Part shown: one piece after another, positions 60,501 through 64,000 of the stretch
Numbering within the stretch: the first letter of the stretch is position 1
How the letters are laid out: each line of letters begins with the position of its first letter
Source of the DNA: a virus
IMG/VR virus record: IMGVR_UViG_3300032086_003797
Coordinates: 96,001-160,000 of that record
Reading direction: 5' to 3' (one strand)
Length of the DNA stretch: 64,000 bases
The notes under the pieces: model-generated
Database searches by the model: none
What the model saw: the letters and a program-made list of their open reading frames with translations, nothing else
What the model was told of the DNA's origin: nothing
Translations under genes and position numbers: made by a program

Positions 60501-61491
60501 ATATATAAATTACAATTATGATTTTGAAGAAATAAGACAGCTTGTAGGCTCAAATAATCAGCAGACAGATTTGACGGACCCAATGCGAGACTACTCTAGA
60601 TATGCAGCTTACTGGCTGAATTACAAACAGCTTGCAAGGGTAGAGATATTAAGTGGATTTTCACTTACAGCAGGCGGACAAATCAACATATCATCAGCAA
60701 ATTGGAGAGAAATATCTGTGCAAGACATTAATAGTTTGCCAGTTAGGTCTATTATGTTATGTAGGTTTTCTTCTGCTTTGCTTGCATTGGGTGATTTAGG
60801 GGACATGTTGGGACTAAGCTCCCCAAGCGGGCTTGACTTGCCAACATATAACCAGTATTTTCTTCTGACTCGCACTGACGAAGAAGAGGGCGTATCAATT
60901 ATAGAAGAAGATATACAAATTGAAGAAGCACCCCAACAACTGCAAACATTTGAGCCTACCGCAAACCAGCAGCAGCTTGAGAGTTTTATTCTATCCCCAG
61001 AACCTCCTCAGATAGGTGATAGAAATCAAATAGCTAGAGTATTGGAAAGGTTTGGTAACAATGTAGTGCCTAAACTGGATGTTCAGAGGGTTTTTACACC
61101 ACCACCCGTATCTATGGACCAGGCTCCACAAAATGGAATGGATATTATTACACCAAAACGAGAGTTAAGAGAAGAGGTCGTCAGACCACCAGTGCAGCAA
61201 AATATACCCGCAAGGACAAAATTTGAAGATTTGCTAGATAACATTATTCAGACTCCCAGGGATCAAGTCAGAGAAACACGACAGGTTGCTCAAAGATTAC
61301 AAGACACGCAACCAAATGTAAGTAGGCAACAAAGTCAGCGCCGTGGCTTCACGCAGGCGAGACAAAATAACATGCAGCAGTCTAGATTAGGACAGAACCA
61401 AGCAAGAAACTTCCAAAGGACAAATATGAATGTTAATACACCTATGAGAAACATCAACACCAACAACTTCGGCGGCGGAGGAGGATACTGA
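57589..61491 (+). CDS. Large hypothetical virion protein (1300 aa) with Q/N/R-rich low-complexity tail
   Basis: Long ORF coupled by TAATG overlap; ends ...NTNNFGGGGGY. Confidence 0.6.
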   Translation: MPQFRFDSCVAFDGLTPEISIRKVTFEPSLDAAQADSGAGYLTVNSSFIETVEDEAQDTWFDDQEGQQYTSIRTLVSVDSNITKQLMNIIRAVTEQRDGLEGDLSLMSDLINGIHDFSEEEATQAAELLGLLGTHQMENGHFHPGQNHASFRAAVRRLAACIRALTSRTFFGADPDGSGIYGANERFSLTEGGRNRVLTFGDPTNNNLFVIEQSMRSLTMDEQFMAQMEKTINDDGAEVRVANMPRLQYVSIPLNADHLTVLSFAFIDTEALRQTFDETPQGERLDFTFTDVTTAIVQSNVFITPLSETAEEALSPDTTNLSPQSNIFEDLRGVFAITRTLDTRSGYTNERESNGVNLSDFEDEIRSMSVDVDEGIQKALSRNSTVFSDLWSSRRRDDAIDLSFVFNERLFLKQSSVFPKLYQNETFALLADGLGGGVSRIRVYKQQVNSKILTNDNSLSTSSRASLLLGRDQEKEYISTGLDNEMLINDFSEDLYFGSRAEGNGKTRGLMFLTCTDYDNQDARNVIGKTFQYGVEIDYVDPTVDMVLKMTNGLLEQAQNIQDIIEDLVNQPSSDPDERRRLHGSTTERLNNIMRRWVPLMDALASIDIISGAGSIQDYVNRMAGTADQTVYERAESIGRIVDIFQFYGSELEIELRKAVPGIEVYPGDDSPESANYASSGGSGTGSTSRSINTIEYRFNNILPADQGAGYDYLRYEEEPTINPGLEIVSLTDYLNRCDIETEKYFTNPGSVKGANAAKVKYFTPSVILNPLGQSIVQVGDNIRDYNNYANFTAGMISYKNQKDNMVAVNKSSLGQDIGLDTAEIFLQELQSQGVTVEYNTDRNRNRDQVNNRSPFSKIGLGNSKQEQTESNQSDLLDRDENLRSRRGEEQETRDVQSDDRDVKKALANLLGPMSLSTNNSGTQQKDKANSFTKVVLKAPEETFEDISLFPNQLKAMVSIVLSKFNDDVDEYINYNYDFEEIRQLVGSNNQQTDLTDPMRDYSRYAAYWLNYKQLARVEILSGFSLTAGGQINISSANWREISVQDINSLPVRSIMLCRFSSALLALGDLGDMLGLSSPSGLDLPTYNQYFLLTRTDEEEGVSIIEEDIQIEEAPQQLQTFEPTANQQQLESFILSPEPPQIGDRNQIARVLERFGNNVVPKLDVQRVFTPPPVSMDQAPQNGMDIITPKRELREEVVRPPVQQNIPARTKFEDLLDNIIQTPRDQVRETRQVAQRLQDTQPNVSRQQSQRRGFTQARQNNMQQSRLGQNQARNFQRTNMNVNTPMRNINTNNFGGGGGY

Positions 61492-63905
61492 TGAGTAGAA
61501 GAAACTTGACATTTTTTGGAACTACGCAAGGGGTGCCACTTGAGGCATTTGATGACTTTGCCCTAACTCGTGGCTTGGATGATCTACGACGAGGTAGAGG
61601 AGAGAATAGGGGACAAGTTACATTTACCAAAAGACGAGTACAAGTTGGTAGAGGTACTTTTGCCACTGAAGACAAAGTAGATATTGATCTAAATGCAATA
61701 AGGGTTGGAGTTGATGATGATGACTATCGTCGTTTTGGTTCTCGGGAACTGAGAAAATTTGAAAACGCACTTGCTGACTTCTATACTGAAATAATCGAAC
61801 CGATCCAATACAACACGATAGCTATAGACATAGATCATCTGCCGTGGGTCCGAGACACTAAGGAAACAAACGATTATCTTAAGACAGTTGACTCTTCGGG
61901 GCAAATAGTAGAAATAACCCCAACATATAACTATTATGCTGGCTCATATGAAGAAATGTTGCCTATGCTTGATGAGAGAATCCTTCCAAGCCTATATGAA
62001 ACTGAAATCTGTAGAATATTAAGCGAACGTGATAATGATTTTTATGTTGGCTCTGATAGATCGCTGGCTAGCGCAAGAAGTCGTTGCAACGATCTACTCC
62101 CTCAGACTCCTGATGATTGGAATGACTTCGGAACTCTTCTAGGTGAAAATCAAAACTTTAATCCTGATTCAACAAATATTACTGTTTTCCCACAAACAGA
62201 GATCAAACAAATATTAAACTTACATGATAAGAAGAATCTGTACCCAATGTATGTGGATATAACATTCCCAACAGCCCCAACAGGACCATTCATGAAGGCT
62301 GTAGAGCAAGCTAAGTTAAGTACAACTTTATTCGATACAATAATAGGTATCCAAACGGGAGTAGGACCAGCAACCTATCCCATCAAAGGATCTACCAGCA
62401 CTGTGGTTAGACTTGATGAGGAGACCGTTGAGAGCCAGCCAGCATCATTTACTGGACAGGTAGAGGTGCTGAGCATCGGACCCGCAATTGAAACAATGCT
62501 CAATCAAGCAAGAGCAGGACAGAACGAGCAAGCAGCAAATGCAGAGTTCTTAACTCTTAGAGGAAACGAAAGGAACCCAGGGCAAGAGACTGGCAGTTGC
62601 CTTAGTTTGCTCGATCGAGTATACATGAAAGCTATAACAGACAGAATCGATACTATCCTCAGCCGAGCAACCGCACCAGGCTTGATCAATAGACTGAACA
62701 GCAGAACGTCAATTCACCCAGCAAAAATTGGTTTACCTAATGATTTAGCCGAAGACACAGGGCAAGAAATTATAGCTTACTCTGTAGAAAAACGCTACGC
62801 TGGTCGAGCAGCGGTTTTGTCTACTCATATATTCCCCAACAGTGATGATTTGGGAGTTCTTAAGTATGTTGACACACAAGTAAAAAATGAGATAGATTAT
62901 GAATACGATGTATATGCACACATACTGACGACATCTGAAAGGGGAACGCTAGAATTTGAGTCCAATTTTGCCCCAAATCGATATGCAATTAAAACCACAG
63001 TGGCAGATAAAGAATTAGTTTTGGTCAAGGTTCCAGTCGCCTCTAAGAAAAACTTTGTAGACGAAGAGTTGCTAGCAAGAGGGCGTTTTGTAACGCCTAA
63101 TGGTATATCATTCCCAGAGATAAGAATAATTGATAGACCACCTGTCCCACCTAACTTTACATTTATACCATATAAGGGTGTAAAAAACAAACTATTAATC
63201 AAATTGGAACGTCAAACAGATGAACTCACAGGACAGAGAACTGTTCCATTCATTCCTATTATGAATGGTGATGCGGATAGGTTTAATCTCCTTCGTGATC
63301 ATCAGCTAATAGAAAACTTTGATTTACCTGAAGGTCATGTTGAATTTAAATCTGAAGGTGAAGATACCACTTTAGTGCAAGTGTTTAGAACCACAGAAGA
63401 GCCAAGGTATGACATAGACCCAGAAGATGGTAGTATAATAAATATAAAGAAATCTGCATACGCTAATTTTTCTGATAATCTTTATAGGGAAGTAACTGCC
63501 GATGCTGGCTTGGCTTTTACTGACACCCTAACACCCAATACAAAATACTACTACACGTTTAGATCTGTTGATTTAAGTGGCAATTTCTCTAACCCAAGCG
63601 CCATCATGCAGGTAGAAATTGTAGAAACTGAAGGTGTCACATATCCACTAATCAAAGAGTATATACCAAATCGAACAGAGCCAAATAAGCAAGACTCCAG
63701 AACAATGGCTAGGTTCTTGCAAATTAGACCATCTTATCTGATGTCAGAACCACTGCCAGATCCAGATGGTAACTTAGCAGTTGGGCAAAGAATAGACGAC
63801 ACAACATTTGGTAAGCACTATAAAATTAGAATAACATCATTAGATACAGGTAGACAGTTTGACTTAAACTGCACCTTTGAGAAGAAAACACAGGAAGAGT
63901 CATGA
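61491..63905 (+). CDS. Hypothetical virion protein with FN3-like segments
   Basis: YVDTQVK....YEY.VYA and FTDTL.PNTKYYY.FRSVD..GN.SNPS resemble FN3 C-terminal strands. Confidence 0.55.
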   Translation: MSRRNLTFFGTTQGVPLEAFDDFALTRGLDDLRRGRGENRGQVTFTKRRVQVGRGTFATEDKVDIDLNAIRVGVDDDDYRRFGSRELRKFENALADFYTEIIEPIQYNTIAIDIDHLPWVRDTKETNDYLKTVDSSGQIVEITPTYNYYAGSYEEMLPMLDERILPSLYETEICRILSERDNDFYVGSDRSLASARSRCNDLLPQTPDDWNDFGTLLGENQNFNPDSTNITVFPQTEIKQILNLHDKKNLYPMYVDITFPTAPTGPFMKAVEQAKLSTTLFDTIIGIQTGVGPATYPIKGSTSTVVRLDEETVESQPASFTGQVEVLSIGPAIETMLNQARAGQNEQAANAEFLTLRGNERNPGQETGSCLSLLDRVYMKAITDRIDTILSRATAPGLINRLNSRTSIHPAKIGLPNDLAEDTGQEIIAYSVEKRYAGRAAVLSTHIFPNSDDLGVLKYVDTQVKNEIDYEYDVYAHILTTSERGTLEFESNFAPNRYAIKTTVADKELVLVKVPVASKKNFVDEELLARGRFVTPNGISFPEIRIIDRPPVPPNFTFIPYKGVKNKLLIKLERQTDELTGQRTVPFIPIMNGDADRFNLLRDHQLIENFDLPEGHVEFKSEGEDTTLVQVFRTTEEPRYDIDPEDGSIINIKKSAYANFSDNLYREVTADAGLAFTDTLTPNTKYYYTFRSVDLSGNFSNPSAIMQVEIVETEGVTYPLIKEYIPNRTEPNKQDSRTMARFLQIRPSYLMSEPLPDPDGNLAVGQRIDDTTFGKHYKIRITSLDTGRQFDLNCTFEKKTQEES

Positions 63906-63929
63906 TAAGGGCGATAAATAGATTCAAGC

Positions 63930-63939
63930 ACTACTTATT
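63930..63939 (+). promoter_or_regulatory. Candidate phage promoter motif ACTACTTATT
   Basis: Intergenic, 29 nt upstream of ATG 63969. Confidence 0.55.
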
Positions 63940-63968
63940 ATTGACGACCTGTCCATAGGAGAGTTATA

Positions 63969-64000
63969 ATGGCATTTCTTGACAATAGCGGCGATATTAT
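63969..64000 (+). CDS. Start of next (probably structural) gene, MAFLDNSGDI..., truncated by window end
   Basis: AGGAG SD then ATG; frame open to the window end. Confidence 0.6.
   Translation, partial: MAFLDNSGDI

Noticed and set aside
293-63202. Numerous short minus-strand and alternate-frame ORFs in the six-frame track
   Set aside because: All lie within longer, motif-bearing + strand genes and have no recognisable motifs; they are shadow ORFs.
1-64000. Stop-codon reassignment (alternative genetic code)
   Set aside because: Very high coding density in the standard code, with TAA, TAG and TGA all ending genes at sensible boundaries.

Overview
A 64-kb segment of a large, probably myovirus-like tailed phage genome. 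All credible genes are on the + strand, tightly packed, in the standard code. Layout: (1) 1-5.1 kb, Gly/Ser/Ala/Thr-rich fibre and structural proteins; (2) 5.1-8.5 kb, charged proteins including a fusion of a KxDG ligase-like domain and a HIGH-family nucleotidyltransferase; (3) a complete tmRNA gene (8590-8912, tag ANDDFQLAQAA) with promoter and terminator; (4) PIN-PhoH, an HExxH peptidase and a Cas4/RecB-like nuclease; (5) an about 19.5-kb glycan biosynthesis and modification island (11.8-31.4 kb) with glycosyltransferases, DegT/GNAT/RfbB, KdsC-like/PfkB/NTP-transferase-RpiB/split transketolase, WavE-like proteins, a methyltransferase, a sulfotransferase, CysC-HAD, a small HIGH-family nucleotidyltransferase and WecB; (6) a sigma-factor-like gene; (7) a baseplate/tail module with a muramidase + M15 peptidase protein, gp25, a gp6-like wedge and a 3706-aa LamG-containing protein. 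The main hypothesis is a phage-encoded virion glycosylation system producing a sulfated glycan. The island appears co-transcribed from the same ACTAYTTA motif that precedes virion genes, and a subset of virion proteins is strongly enriched in an [S/T]-[G/A]-S tripeptide that could be an O-glycosylation sequon. Family assignments come from motif recognition by eye, and counts are manual and approximate.
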